Positions 1-14,380 of a stretch of DNA of 64,000 nt are shown here, in pieces. The DNA lies in NCBI GenBank assembly GCA_964016885.1, contig OZ024742.1:219294001-219358000 (forward strand), in the 5' to 3' direction. This stretch comes from Eledone cirrhosa. Its lineage: Eukaryota. The notes under the pieces were generated by a model, which was not told where the DNA came from, searched no databases, and saw only the letters and a program-made list of their open reading frames with translations. The translations under genes were made by a program, and so were the position numbers. Positions within the stretch are counted from its first letter, which is position 1. Every line of letters starts with the position of its first letter.

Positions 1-542
1 TATCATTTTGGTAAGGTGAATTAAGTTTGATGTTATTAAAGTTGACAGCATGCAGGAACCCTAGTCAAAGGTGCAATCTGATGGGATATGATATTCGTAT
101 TTGAAGGCAATGAAAGCACAAATAATTAATACAAAAAGAAAACCAAGGTTGTTATTTAAATTCCATCTTTAATTCCTACAATAGATTCTTTGGAGATAAA
201 TATAGTGTCAGTATACAAAATCAATTAATTAATCAGTCCAACTAATAATCAATAATTTAAATGGCACTTAAAAATAGTTTCAAACATTGAGTTACTTAAA
301 ATATCCATGAAAAAAAATAAAGGCAAGCTTTCAAAAAGCAAATAAAACACGTGAAATATATTGAGTAATGGATTTGTGTAACCAGAGAATAGTGTAATGA
401 TATAAGTATTACAGGTGAAGTTGTATAGTAAGGAGGCATATTGCTAGAATGTAGGGTGCACAGATTTGAAATAACTGCATATTTAGAACTATATTTAAAT
501 TGTGTAAACATCAATATTCTAGTGTACAGCTAACATGCATCG

Positions 543-544
<2 letters not shown>

Positions 545-608
<64 letters not shown>
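545..608. repeat. (AT)n microsatellite
   Basis: Uninterrupted AT run. Confidence 0.95.
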
Positions 609-610
<2 letters not shown>

Positions 611-928
611 TCAAGACCTGATACTACATGCATCTTCCCTCCTTTAAAAAGAATACATTAAAAAGCTCTAACTCATTAGCCTGTCACATATGGGAATTGA
701 AAGATGCTAATACTGACTACTCTTAATTGGAATATATTTTGAGTTGCCCAAGCATACAAGCCTGGAAACCATAGATATAATTTGTATCTCACTGAGTACT
801 TCTTGATAATTAAATCTGTTACCAATTTTAAATAGAAAATCTGAAATTCTCTCTGCTTGCCTATACAGAAATTCCTATTACTATAGTAAATATGACCCTA
901 CTTAATATATTATGGTAACATATTAAGC

Positions 929-962
<34 letters not shown>

Positions 963-1056
963 GTTGCTTCTATCTAATCTTACACCCATTGGTTATGAAT
1001 CGGATTCTAATAATAATTATCATCTAAATTTCATAAGTGATTGAACTCATAGTATT

Positions 1057-1663
1057 CACCTTGACCGACCAGTCTGTCGGGCGTCCATTCGGCGCCACTG
1101 GTCACAGCACGCCATCCATTCCTCTCTGGATCGTGCTTTCCTCACCCATGTAGTCCCAATCGTATTCTTAAAATTGTAACTCCACCCTCGTGGAGGCCTT
1201 CCGAGTGGTCGTTTCCGCTCGCGCAGGTACCACTCGGCAACTGCGCGGGTCCACCGATTATCGGTGAACCGGGCGACGTGTCCAGCCCATCTGAACTTGC
1301 TGCGCATATATTCCGTGATGACGTCCCTCACGCCGGACTTCTGTCTGATGACTTCGCTCCTGATGTGCTCTCTCAACAAGATTCCTAGCATTGATCTCTC
1401 CATGGCTCTTTGAGCCGTTACCAGCCTCTGCTCTTCTCTCTTCGTTGTAGCCCAAGTTTCACTGCCATATAACATTGCAGGTAAAACTGTTATTGAAGAG
1501 GTTGGTGTGGGTGGTCTTGTCCAACCTCCCCTTGAGCACATCCCTTATGCTGTTAAATGCCTTCCATCCGGCCCTTACTCTCCATGAGATCTCCCTCTCA
1601 ATGTCTCGGCGCATGTTCACTTCTTGTCCCAGGTAGACATATTCCTCCACCTCCTCTATTTCA
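1057..1663 (-). mobile_element. 5'-truncated RTE-clade LINE with 10-bp target-site duplication
   Basis: EEYVYLGQ, VLPAMLYGSETW, KFRWAGHVAR and KRPLGRPP motifs across one frameshift; tcatagtatt at 1047-1056 and 1664-1673. Confidence 0.9.
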
Positions 1664-2169
1664 TCATAGTATTAGGTTAATCTAAATATGTAATCTATAA
1701 CTCATCCTACTTGCTGACACAGGAATTATTTTTATTATTATTTCTTCTATATTAGAATTGTAGATCCATGTTAATTTATTATTTTTTCCCCTTATATAAT
1801 TGCCACTTGCATGCATTATGTGTGTATTAGACTAAATACAGTAGTTAAATTCATTCAAGTAAGTTACTTAGTATGAGATTTAATTATAATAATTGTCTTA
1901 TAGCAACTACTTCCTTTAATTCCATTACATTCTTTCTCACCTCCCCTAGCAATTGTTATCAAGTAATTTCTAAGTCTACTTAAGACATTATCATATTTGC
2001 CTACCTGTATATGAATCTATTACAGCGAGAGCTGGCATAAGTGACAGTCCTGTAATCTGTGCTTACTACACATATTTGGCTGGTCACTGTTATTACCAAA
2101 TGCTGTGACAATTCCCATTTTCAATATAACTATTTTGTTTATACATCAACATTTGCCCTGTTTCATACC

Positions 2170-3410
2170 AAAAAAGATGGAAGACTTACTATGAGTGACT
2201 GCTGAAAAAAGAGAATAAATGGGACAGTAAGGGTTTACCCCATGTAAATCCAACTGAGGGACCAGCTATAACAGTTGATAGCAATGTGATAGATAAATTA
2301 AGGACATGAAGGCAGCTGGTCCATCAGGTATAGCTGCTGGGATGCTAAAAGCATCTGGTATGGTAGGATATCTGCTAGTCAGATGATTAGTTAATCAAGT
2401 AGTAAAGGGAGGAGTCATACCCAATGACTGGCATAACAGTATCATTGTAAATTGCTACAAGGACAAAAGAGCAGCACTAGATAGAAGTAACTACACAGAT
2501 ATCAAGTTGATGGATAAGGTCATGAAAATTGCTGAGAGGGTTATAGGACAACTAATTAGGAACATAATTAAGCTAGATGAGATGCAGTTTGGATTTATGC
2601 TAGGTAGGAGTATCATTGATAACTTTAGAGCGAGATAACTGCAGGAAAGGTAATTAGCTAAGAGTAAGCCACTGTATCTGGCTTCTGTAGATATGGAGAA
2701 GGCCTTTGATAGGGTCCCATGCTCTGTAATCTGGTACGCACTTCAGAAGCTAGGTGTATATGAATGGCTTGTGAGGGCTGTGTGGACTGTATAAAGGAGC
2801 AACCAACAGGTTGAGGATTGGAAGTGAGTACAGTGATAAATTTTAAGTGCAGGTAGGCATCTACCAGGGCTCAGTCCTAAATCCACTCCTGTTCATAATT
2901 TTTCTTCAGACCATCACCGAAATGTTTATAACTGGCACTATGTGGGAGCTCTTATATGCTGATGTCCTGGTTTTTATAGCTGAATCCATAGAGTTAGAGA
3001 CAAAAACGTGGAAGAAGAACATGGCTTAAAACTAAACTTTGCAAAGATGAAAGTCTTAAGTAGGAAAGAGGACAGGAGAGTGAGATCATCATGGAAATGG
3101 CCTTGTTTGAGATGTCAGAAATTTTATAAGGTGCACCCAGTGCAATTTATGGATGCACATATGTAATGGGACTCCAGGCAGATTAATGGTAAAAATAGAT
3201 TTTGTATGTGGCAGATGCACAGGAGAAGTAAGCACTAAAACCTCACATGAAGTAGATTCCTTTAGTTGCCAGGGAGGCTCCTAAGAAGCTATCGACAGAT
3301 TTTGTTACTTAGGTGATCAAATTAGCTGTTGGGGAGGATGGACTAAAAGTGTGATAGCCAGGATCAGAACAAGCTAGAAGTTTAAAGAGCTGATACCTCT
3401 GCTGATAACC
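2170..3410 (+). mobile_element. Degenerate RTE-type LINE reverse transcriptase fragment
   Basis: MQFGFM, VDMEKAFDRVP, QGSVLNPLLF and LLYAD motifs with stops; Cys-rich segment downstream; boundaries approximate. Confidence 0.85.
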
Positions 3411-4089
3411 ATTTCCCCACATACACTTATAACTTCATACCCATTTCCCTCCCTAGAGTTGAAAGGACTCTACAGTTAGGTCTATGACCAACAACCACTC
3501 TAGTGATGGTACCACGAAAATGCACCCAGTACACTCTCTGTAAGGATGGTTGGCAACAGGAAGGGCACCCTGACTGTAGAAACTATGCCTGTCAAAGACA
3601 CAATAACTTCTCTAGTGTTAGCGATCTATAGGATAAACACATCCGGTACACACTGTAAAGTGGTTGGTGATGGAAAGGGCATCCAGCCATAGAAAGCTTG
3701 CTAAACAAAGGTTTGAGAAGTCCCTTTGTGAAGGATATCACAGCCTTCCTAGTTCTGATGATTTACAAGGTAAAAGCACACAGTAAATGCTGTAAAGTGG
3801 TTGGTGTTAGGAAGGGCCTCCAGCCAAACAAGGGGTTAGGAGGACCTTTTAGTTTGTGTCAAATGACATGGCAACTTTGCTGCACTTGATATGACCATTC
3901 TTAAGTGAGATACTGACCCTTTGGCCTGTCTGGGAGCTCTGTGGCCCTGCTTCTGTACTGACTTGGTCTATATAAACCCATCCAACCCTCTCTAGCAGGG
4001 AAAGCAGATGTTGAATGAAATATATATTATATATATGTACACACACACACGCACATTTGTTCATTGTGGTCTCCTCGCACAAAACAATG

Positions 4090-4845
4090 TATTATGAAAA
4101 TTGAAGTACCCAAACGTCAATTACAAAAAAGATTGATGGTTATGACAGGCCTTGGACTATTGGGGTTGACTAGAAAAACTCTTTCTCCAATGCTGCCATG
4201 AGCACTTCATTATCTGCATGATGTGGAAAATATTCCATAAGCATTGCCCAAATGAAGTTGGCATTATCTTTAAAACCGATCTAAGGCTTGAGCCCCGTAC
4301 TATCTACCCACTAAAAAAAAAAAAAATCAAACTTACATCTCATAACATTACGCACAATTATTTCACTTCAATTGGTCCTGGTCTCTTTAACATCACACCA
4401 AAACACAAAAACCGATCCCATAAAATTCAAATTGTCTTTGGACAAATTCCTCCAAGGAATTCTGGATAAACCCTCTACACCTAGATATATCTCTCAAAAC
4501 AATAACTCTCTACTTGAGTGAGCCATAGTGTTCAAAATATGACTGAGGTGTGAATCGTGATTTGAAAGACTTTGCAATGTGGTGCTATTAAGCCTTTAGA
4601 ATTTACATTACTCTATATATATTTTCATGGTAAAAGCTTTGACATAATTATCTCATATAATATTGAATCTATGAGATTTTGATATGCATTTTGAGAACCT
4701 TAACATCAGTATGAGTGGCTGGTTACAGTCTGTTTGAACAGAAAGAGGTGAGAATTCTGGCCGGATATGGCCGGTTTAAATGCTAAATAGTTAAGTTAGA
4801 CATGGCCTGGGCCAATACTGGTCGAAACCTATCAAAGTTATATAA
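4090..4845 (+). mobile_element. Degenerate 3' end of a CR1/L2-group LINE, interrupted by a MITE
   Basis: LDYW, MWKI and FTSIGPGLFN motifs typical of LINE ORF2 C-termini; boundaries approximate. Confidence 0.55.
4592..4790. mobile_element. TTAA-flanked piggyBac-like MITE
   Basis: TTAA at 4588-4591 and 4791-4794; colinear with the copy at 59567-59773. Confidence 0.7.
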
Positions 4846-5340
4846 ATAAACAAATATATATACCATTTATGTTGTATAGTTTACCATTGGGTAGATCTGG
4901 TTAGCAAAACGTGATGCAATAAGTTAAAGCACAACATTATGCAAACTATCCATCATAGATGTGGTATCTCGTGGTTGGTGCAGGGACAGAGTTAAATATT
5001 TATTTAAATATTCTTTTAATGTTCTAATACTTATTTCTATGGTCTGGTTACATCATCAGATCATGACATAAGACTTTGTTACAAACATCATGTGTAGATT
5101 GCAAGGATTAGTTAGGTAATTGATAACAGCAAATAAACACAATAGGCTTGATTTGAAGTGGTGCACCATTTAGTGCTCTTGGAACCAACCACATCCGAAT
5201 GGCACACACTCAGCAACACTAAGCATTGTGGATTGGATCAAGGAGGCTGAGGGCTGCTTGGTGGTGACAGAGATTCTGCTGCCCTCAGATATTGCTACAC
5301 CATTAATCAAAACCAACTATATATATATATATAATGTAAC

Positions 5341-5673
5341 AACCCCACTTCGGTCATGAATGACCATTAGATTTGTACCTAGAAAGTGGCCCCCTGAGGC
5401 ACGAGTCTGGGCAAGGTTGTTTGTGGAAAACCAGCAGTCATCCATGCATACCAGTCTCCCCTCTCCACACCACCAATGTTGTCAAAGGGAAAAGCAATGG
5501 CTGATGCAGCTTGGCACCAGTGATGTTGCAACTCATTTCTTCAGCTGAGTAAACTGGAGCAACATGAAATAGTGTCTTGCTTAAGGACACAGCACATCAC
5601 CCAGTCCAAGAATCGAACTCACAACCTCCCAATTGCAATCCCAATACTCTAACCAGGAAGCCAAGCACCTTCA
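5341..5673 (-). mobile_element. tRNA-derived SINE, family B (long variant)
   Basis: Reverse complement of the copy at 46468-46815; B-box-like gagttcgattc. Confidence 0.8.
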
Positions 5674-6606
5674 CTATATATAGTAATAATAATAAATTTG
5701 GAAACTAAAATCCAAAGAGGGCTCGATAAGGATAAATATACATCAGATATATAAGAACCGTATGGATAGTACGAACTATACATGGATATTTTACGTCTTG
5801 ATGTGGTAGCTAAGTATATGTTATGTTGATATCATTACTTATTTGTATAGCTAAGTATATATTACCTGTATGTTTTGTGAAGGTACATATGCTTTCTTGT
5901 AGATGTTATGGCGTATATATTATATATACTGGTACATGTGCATTTGGTTATGTGTATACGTGAATTTTGCGTCTGTGTGAGTATGTGGGTTCGTACGTAT
6001 GTAGGGTGTGTGTATATGTGTACTTTGTATTTTGGTTGACATACGTCCGCGAATATGTGTGTATTTACATGTAGGTACGTGTGTGCACGCGTTGTATACG
6101 TATTTATGTGTGTATATTTATATGCGTTTTAATTATGTATACATGCACACACACACACACACATATATATTTTTATGTGTATACGCTCGTATGTGTGCGG
6201 GTACAGGCGTTGCATGGGTTCTGATTATACGTGCATTTTTTTTTGTTTTTGTTTTCTGTGTAAGTGCTTGTATTTGCATACCCATGGCGAGTGTTTTCGT
6301 GAATGCTTGTGTATGTATATGGATGCGTGTATGTATATATTTAATTTCAATTACCTCTGTATTTTATTCTTAACTCCGAAGCCAAGAATCATTTGGTTTC
6401 CTAATAGAATTTTAGTCTATGACTTCAATTATACCATTTACGTGGTTTTGTCTGTGTGTAATTGTTCTCACCGCTCCACATGACGTATTATCTTCGTTTT
6501 TTTTCATTCTTTGCCAGGGAACATTTCCACGAACCAAAGTATTGTCTTCCTTCAGTTGCAACGTTTTTTGAAATACTTACTTCTGCGTTCACAGATTGAC
6601 TTTTTT

Positions 6607-6656
6607 AGTTTCAGAAGATCCCGTTAGGGTGAAAGCAGCAATTCTTTGCTTAAACT
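6607..6656 (+). ncRNA. Hammerhead-ribozyme-like motif (core U4->A variant)
   Basis: agttt-CAGAAGA-t-ccc(gtta)ggg-t-GAAAgca…tgcTT-aaact; all three stems can be paired by eye. Confidence 0.5.
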
Positions 6657-6849
6657 TTAATCTGTTATTTTAATAAATATATAATTATAATATACAGCTC
6701 AGCTCTAAGAAAGAGATATTTCTATTTTATTGTAAGAGACTATTTTGAGTTCTTAACTCAATATATATACCTTATATATAAGTTAAAACAGAAAACAAAA
6801 ACAATAATGAAGAGTGCAGTAAAAAGTGTAAGTATTAGGTTCATGCTTG

Positions 6850-7460
6850 AGAGTGGGGGGTGTTTCGGGCATAAGCTCTTCATCAGGAGAAAAGTGGGAA
6901 GGAAAAGAGTTCCAAGGGTGTGTGGGGGAGTGGCGGAAAGACATTAAAAGGGGAGAAATTAAGGGAAGGAAAAAAAATTAAAGAGGGTAAAAAAAAAAAA
7001 AAAAAAAAAAATGGACAAATGACACAAGTGGTGAAAGGGTGTGTGTGAGGCATATGGAGGTGGTGGTGGGTGGATGGATGGGGGTGACGGGGGGGGGGTC
7101 CGGAAGGTGGCGTGTGTGGATGTGAGGGTTTGGGGAACGAGGTTCCATGTTCGGGTAATAGGAAAACCGGTGTGTTGTGTCGCGTCGCGTCGGTGTGTGG
7201 TCAGAGAGGGGGGGGGGGGGAGAGGTATGCAGAGTCCGGTGTGTGGGTGCCTAAATTTTTTCCCTGTGGAGTGTAGGAAGAGATGGTGAAAAATCCGAGT
7301 ATAGCAGGGTGGATGTCTGGAGCGTGTGACCAGCGGTGTAGAGGAAGTAAAGAGTTGGGGGGGGGGGGGTGCTCGCACAACAGGAAGTTGCCAAGACGGT
7401 CCAGGGCGGGCGAAGGATGCAGGTAGACAGGCAGTGGTAGGGATGAAAGTAGTGAGGGGA
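6850..7460 (-). mobile_element. Decayed Penelope-like element fragment with a partial hammerhead core
   Basis: Minus strand has CTGATGAagagcttatgcccGAAAc at 6862-6886 and a Pro/His-rich ORF relic (NFLFVRAPPP); stem III not found. Confidence 0.4.
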
Positions 7461-10400
7461 ATGGCAGACGGACGAGTGTAGTGTAGAGGGGGAGAGAGAG
7501 AGAGAGCGGTGCTGGGGACAGTATGAGTGAGTGTAATGTACAGGTGTGGGTGGGGGGGGGGTTAGTGGTGGTAGTGTGGGTGAGTATGCTGGTGTGTGTT
7601 CGTGGGTGTGTGGTGAGGTGGAAGGTGGGTTGGAGGGATGTTTAGTATTATTAGTGGTAGGATGGATGGGGGTTAGTGGTGGTAGTAGGGTGTGTGAATA
7701 TATGTACTGGTGTGTGGGTGCATGTGTGATAGGGGGAGGGGTGGGGTGGCTGGAAGTGGAGAGGACTGAATATTGGGAGTGTTTTAGTGGTGTTAGTAGG
7801 GTGTGTGTAGGGGATGGGCACAGTTGAAGGCTAAAGGAAGAGGTGTAGGAAGTTCAGGCCAGGAATATATATATATATATATATATGTATTATATATATA
7901 TATAAACACACACACACAATTTATTAATTAGAGTATGTGTTAGTTTATCAATGACACTTCATACAAGTCAACAGGTTATAATTCACTTTGTTTATTCAGA
8001 ATCGCTGGTATATATATTTCGGTGATAACCGTTATGCAACAGTTTATATATATATATATATAAAATGGAAAGAATAACTATAACACAGAATAGTTCAAAA
8101 TGTATTTATTTACATAACAAATATTAACAGACAAAATATAAAGTAAAACATCTGTAAGATAGAAGGAATACCATTTCATTCTACATAACTTTAATGCTTG
8201 TTCAGCTGTAACTGTACAACAAATGAGATCCCTTTTAATCCAAGTTAAAAACAAACACAAATAGGTCTAAGTGGAATGTATATTACAGGTTCAAGGTTAA
8301 TTATTCTGAGCTCTAGAGAATATAACTCAGATGTTGAGGAAAGTAAACTAAGTTTAATGAGTAACCCTGACTCTAGTATGGACTAAGATAATATATGAAC
8401 TTCTAACTATAGAAAACTATAATGAGAATTGTAAGTCAGCTATCATGCAAGAAACAAAAACAAATTAAATTAAATTTGGTACACTAATAAAAAAAAAACT
8501 ATTTCTAACAATATTGAAACGAGAGATGACTAATAATTATTATTGATATAATTAAAAATTCAGCATGAACAGATCAAATAAGTTAGAAGACAGTCTCAGT
8601 AAAATAGCATGAGATACTAATCCTATGTAAATTAATTGAAGTAAATAGAATTGAATAATTGAAGATGTAAGTAAACTGGCAAATTACATTTAATGTACAT
8701 TGCATATCAATTTAGAAATTTTTTTTTGAAAATCTTATGCATTAACACACACATATGCACACCAAAAATACATACAAAGATATACACACAACACACACGC
8801 ATATGTACATACTTATGGCATGTATGCCTTGGACGGAATAAGTATACAAAAACAGTTATGAAGACATTGTTTGCACGCTGTCATGATAACTGCTTGATTA
8901 TATTTGAATGGAAGAACAAGGCACTTTTAAAGAAAATTCAAGTATCTTGGGATCCAAGTCAAAGAATTGGTGTATATTTACTTACAATTGACAAAAATGA
9001 CTTGGAAATAATTTTGAAAGGTTTCCCCTCACTGATTCAAGGTAGATAAATTAGGAATATATTTAGACGATTCCAGAAATATCAACCCCACAATAGTTTA
9101 GCTATTGGTTATATTTAAGAATCTACATCTTTGCAGGAAATAATTTAAGAAAATAAATAATATAAAGTGTAAGAACATTTTAATCTTTTTCTCTAATATA
9201 GTCACCTTTAAAAATCTAAGAAATATATTTAAATCTTTGATAGAAATTAATAATATCAAAGAAGGAAAAAACAAAATCAACTGCAGTTTATAATCAATTC
9301 AATGATCATTATATAATACAGATCATATTTTAAGTTTTGAAGTCTATAGAGCTACAAGCAGAGCAATTCTCAGAGAGGAACTAAAAAGAAGTTTTGTAAC
9401 GAAAAAATTAAATACATCTTTGAGAAAAATTTAAAAAAGGAAACAGTTACAATGAAAACAAAAACAAAAATACTGTGCAAAGTATGATATAAAATTTGTC
9501 AGCACACTTCGTCTGAGAACCCGTTTTGTTGAGCAAAACAAAAATTATTGATCATCAAAGTACTTTTTTTCTATAGGAGAAATAACCGTTTCTAATTTCG
9601 CCACAAGGCCGGAATTCTGGTGGGGAGAATAAAGTCGAAAAATTCGACCCCAATACTTGACTGGTACTTTATTTTATTGACCCAAGAAGAACAAAAGGCA
9701 AAGTTGGCCTCAGCAGAATTTGAATTGAGAATATAAAGAGCAGGAACAATACTTCAAGGCATTTCATCCATTGCTCAAACACTTCTGCTGATCCACCAAA
9801 TTAAGTCTTAATAGGTAAACTGGTAACCAATGAATATATTTCAGTGATTATCAATCTGCCGTACATTGGAAAATAACAGTTACTATTTCTCTACTTTCAA
9901 GCAACATTGTCATACACAAGGGAGTGGTTTGAAAGAGAAAGAGATCAATAGATAAAGATAAAGAATGAAATATGAGGAGATAGATGTAGAGATATTGATC
10001 ACAGTAAGTTGATCATCTGATCATAGGTGAATGGCAAGGATGTAACCCATTGGAAGCACACAGATTGAAAATCATCCTCAAGTCAGCAGATAAGTATTGG
10101 AAAAAGAGGCAAAGAGAAAATAATTAAGATAAAAAGTTTTTTTTTTTTAAATTAAATTAAAAAAAAAAACATTGTTTTCAAAGAAAATATTACAATGTTT
10201 TATAGTAACTATTATAAAAAAAAACAATTACAATAGACTAAGTTGGCTTGTTAAATGACAAACTAAGTGGAAGATAAAATTTGTGTAATTACAAACTCTA
10301 CATACTAATGAGAAAAATTAATCTGATATTTATAAAACAATTTTTATTTGTGGTTTTCATAGAATTGCCAAAAAGAAAAAAATAATTAACAGAACCTCTT

Positions 10401-12129
10401 TTATTTTATTTTTAATTACAAACTGAACAACATTATAAAATAAAGTACCAGTAATACACTGGGTAATTGCTGGCCTTGTGCCAAAAGTAGAAACAATTAT
10501 ATCTACTAATATATTTTCTTTATCATAAAATTTCTGTAGAATTTTCATTGCAATTAGACATTTGAAAAAAAAAAAAAGCAAAAAGTAAAATAAAAGATAA
10601 ATAAATACCCCCAAAAACTCTTTAGAAATCGTTTTGATAAATGAAATAAATTCACTGGAAATTTCATTTGTGGAAAAAAAATCTTTCAAGAAAAAAATAT
10701 AGTTGGCAGGGAATTGGTCCCATATTTGATGAATTTGTCAAATATAAAACTTTGATACTGAAGTTAATATTAACAGTATACACCCCTCCAGATGTCCTTT
10801 TCTCAGTGCCTTTGCTATTGCTACAATAGTGGACTCTGCTCCTTGGAACTGGCTAATCCCTTTCATAACCCCAGGTTATGCACCAATCACTAACCAGTCC
10901 TAACCCAACAATGTCATTCCATTAGAATTCTCTCTCTGCCCATGTTTTTCCTGCAGCTGTCAACTTGCAGCTGTTCAACTGGTCTCACTGGTCTTTGAGA
11001 GTCTTCAAAGGTCATAGGCACTGTCCCTTCTGCCAGACCAAATCATTAATAGTGACAACTACTGATATTTACATGCAAACAGTCACTGACTACTTAAATA
11101 ACCAAACATTTTACTTTTGAAAAACAAATTATAAACATAACGTTTACTAGGGCATGTATTAAACCCCTTTCAACAAAAAAATATTTCTATTTATAGCCAT
11201 CTGACAATTCTATCCAATTTTAGATAAATTTCAGTATTCACAGTAGATGTTTAAAGATGTGATAATTAGTTATTTGTCCTGAGCTAATCCAATTTAACAC
11301 TTTAAAACCATACTGCAAAATTTATTTTTACATCACTGTCAGATTCACAAAAGAATTATTTAAAATTCTTTAAAAAATATAGTTACATGATCATCATCGT
11401 TTTTATGTCGTTTTGTACGATGATGATGAGGTACATTTTGTGTAAAACAAGATTAAATTGGCATATACAAGTTATTTTATATTGCTTTGTGACCAATAAA
11501 TACTGTTGTAAATTAGGTTTCCAACTGGTCAGTTATTGGTTCATTGCATTTCTGAGAGTCTGAGAGCAAGAAAGACAAGGGAGTATCAAACTCAATCCAG
11601 AACAAATATCTCAAGGAACTTAGTAAAGGTTTCGATTTATATTTTTCACCAATATTCAATGGTTAAAAACATTCACATATGCACACATTTATATCAGCTA
11701 AATACTGGAAGTACTGCAATACCAGGCCAACCTATGCCAGGAAGCAATTATATATATATGCCAAAATCTCCATTGGGTGGAATATATATATATCATGTAT
11801 GTATATATGTGGCAGGCTTCCACGCAGTTTGTCGAGTAAGGTATTGGTAAACTTGTCAAGGTATTGGTCAACTTGTGGTTATGCTAGAAAACATTTGCTT
11901 TATGTGCAGTATTGTGGAATCAAACTCAGAACCACATAGTTGTGAAGCAAACTTCTTAACCATATAGCCATGCTTGCGCCTAATTATATGCAATATTCAC
12001 ACTATAGTTTTTGAGCATAACTTTCAAATAATGAGTATTAATTCAAGATTGCATAGTATTATATTTCACAGATACGTAGTATTTGTGAAGATTTCTTTAA
12101 TATTCTATTGGAAATTTAACAATATCTAG

Positions 12130-12162
<33 letters not shown>

Positions 12163-12419
12163 TCACAGTATCTTTAAATTAGTTAAAATAACAAATATAT
12201 TTTTATTATCTAAATCTGACCCCTATCCCCACCCCATAATTAAAAGGTTCCAAATTCAAAATCAGATATATTATGAACTTGTTCAACTTATGACATTTAT
12301 ATTATAACTTTTGATAATAAGCTTTATTAAAATTAGAGTAAACTTGTCAAAAACCAAAGTTTTACTAAGTAGAAAAGACAGGACCTGACCCCCATAGGGA
12401 AGTGGCCTTGCTTGATAAA

Positions 12420-14380
12420 TAGAAAAAAAAGCAGGTGGAGTGGGATAGTAAGCAGACTAAGAGAAAAAGTAGATTTTTTATGTGGAATACATACAGAGAT
12501 AATTGGTAATAAGAATTTCAGCAAAATATACTTTTTCCAATCCCAAGAAGGCTCTATAGAAATGGTTGATAGCCTCTGCTACCCATGTGACTTCATTAGC
12601 AGTGGAGGAGGGTGCTTTGAGAGCATAGTAGTTTGACAAAAAGGTTTTTATGAACAAAAGATTGGTTGTATGATCAATGCAACATTACACATCATATGCA
12701 TGTTAGTGAGACAAGAGCATTGGATGTAAAGGATATGCAAAGGCTGGAAAGAAATGAAATAAGTTTGCTTCAATGGATGTGCAATGTTAATGTGCATGAC
12801 TAATATAGCATGAATGAGTTAAGAAAAAACTGAGTGTCAGAGGCATCCAATGTAGTGTGCATGAGAGAAGACTATGCTGGTTTGGACATGTGATGCATAT
12901 AAATGATATGGAAACAGATTAATGAGAGAAGCAGAAGGAAGGCAACAAAATCAAGCATCATTTCAGAAATCAGTAAGGAAGAGCATGTTCAAAAGTTCTA
13001 TCAGCACTTCAGCCTTGGAAAGTCTCCACTTATTAACAAAGAGGTTGAACACATTCAATCTGTCTTCAACAATCTCACCTGCAAAGCCAGGCCTTTTGAT
13101 TTGAAAAAATTTCAGTGAGCCAAGAACAGGCTGAAAGGAGGAAAAGCTGGTGGCCTTGATGGAGTTCCCCTCGAAGGTTATCAAAAGATGCAATCTGAAC
13201 AACATAATACTGGATTTTGCAAATAGGCTTTTGCAAAACCAGGAAAGTCCTGATCAGTGGCCTGAGAATGATTTGATATCAATACCAAAATCATAAAACG
13301 TCAGTAATGAAACTACAGAGGAAGAGTACTGTCCAACATCTCACTCAAGGTCATCAACACAATGATTCAACCAGTATTCAATAGCCACCTGATACCAAAC
13401 CAAAATGGATTTAGACCTGGGTGATCAACATCACAGATCTTAGCTCTGCAGCACATCATAAGTGTTAAGACAACTTCCTGCCATCATCACCTACATGGAC
13501 TTCAGTAAAGCCTTTGATAGCATTCATTGTGGCAAGATGCTGAAGATTCTGTGAGCACATAGGCTCTCTGAATAACTAGTTCTCACCAATGCAAAGACCT
13601 ATAAAGGGACCAGAGTTTGTGTGTTGTCACCTGACAGAGAAACAGGATTCTTTCAAATTGTGGCTGGGGTGCTTCGAATATGCATTGCGACAGGCTATTG
13701 ACAATAGTCAAGAAAGCCTTGGTTTCACTATTGACCGGCAGAGATCCCAGAGAGTACCAGCAGTAACCATCACAGACCTGGACTTTGCTGATGATTTAGT
13801 GTTGTTGTCAGATAAAATCAGTCAAGCACAGAGCTGCTAAGAAGCATAGAAACATCATCTGCTAAAATCAAATATATATGACCTTCAACCAATCGAGTAA
13901 CACAAAACTGTTCTAATTGATTGTTCCCCAAATTGAACGTTATTGAAGACATTAGGTAGTTGGGTAAACAATCCTGTAGCAGATATGACGGTGAGGAGGA
14001 CGCAAGCATGGATAGCTTGTCACAAACTAAAGAGAATTGCCTAAAAGGATAAAAATCAAACTGTTCTTTTCAACTGTTGAATCAGTGATGTTAGACCAAG
14101 ACATGTGGCAGAAGGACTTTGTTGTAGCCCGGGTTGAAATTGGCTAAGAAGAAGAAGATAGATGATAATCATTGGATAAAGAAGTGCCAAGAAATGCCAG
14201 TGGAAGGTAGATGCAATAGAGGGAGAGTAAAGAAGACCTAGGCAGATGTGGTGTGAGCTGAACTCAAAATGCTGAATGCCACAGAGGAGATGACAAAGAA
14301 AAACAATGAATGGAGAGATGCTGTGCAGGGAGAGACCCATCTCACCAAGGAAAAGCAGACATAAAATGACAATGATAATG
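12420..14380 (+). mobile_element. Nested, degenerate RTE-type LINE fragments
   Basis: FCYP/WFGHV-like segment at 12560-12900; QNGFRPG, DFSKAFDSI and ITDLDFADDL at 13400-13810; RTE 3' end and tail near 14200-14380. Confidence 0.8.
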
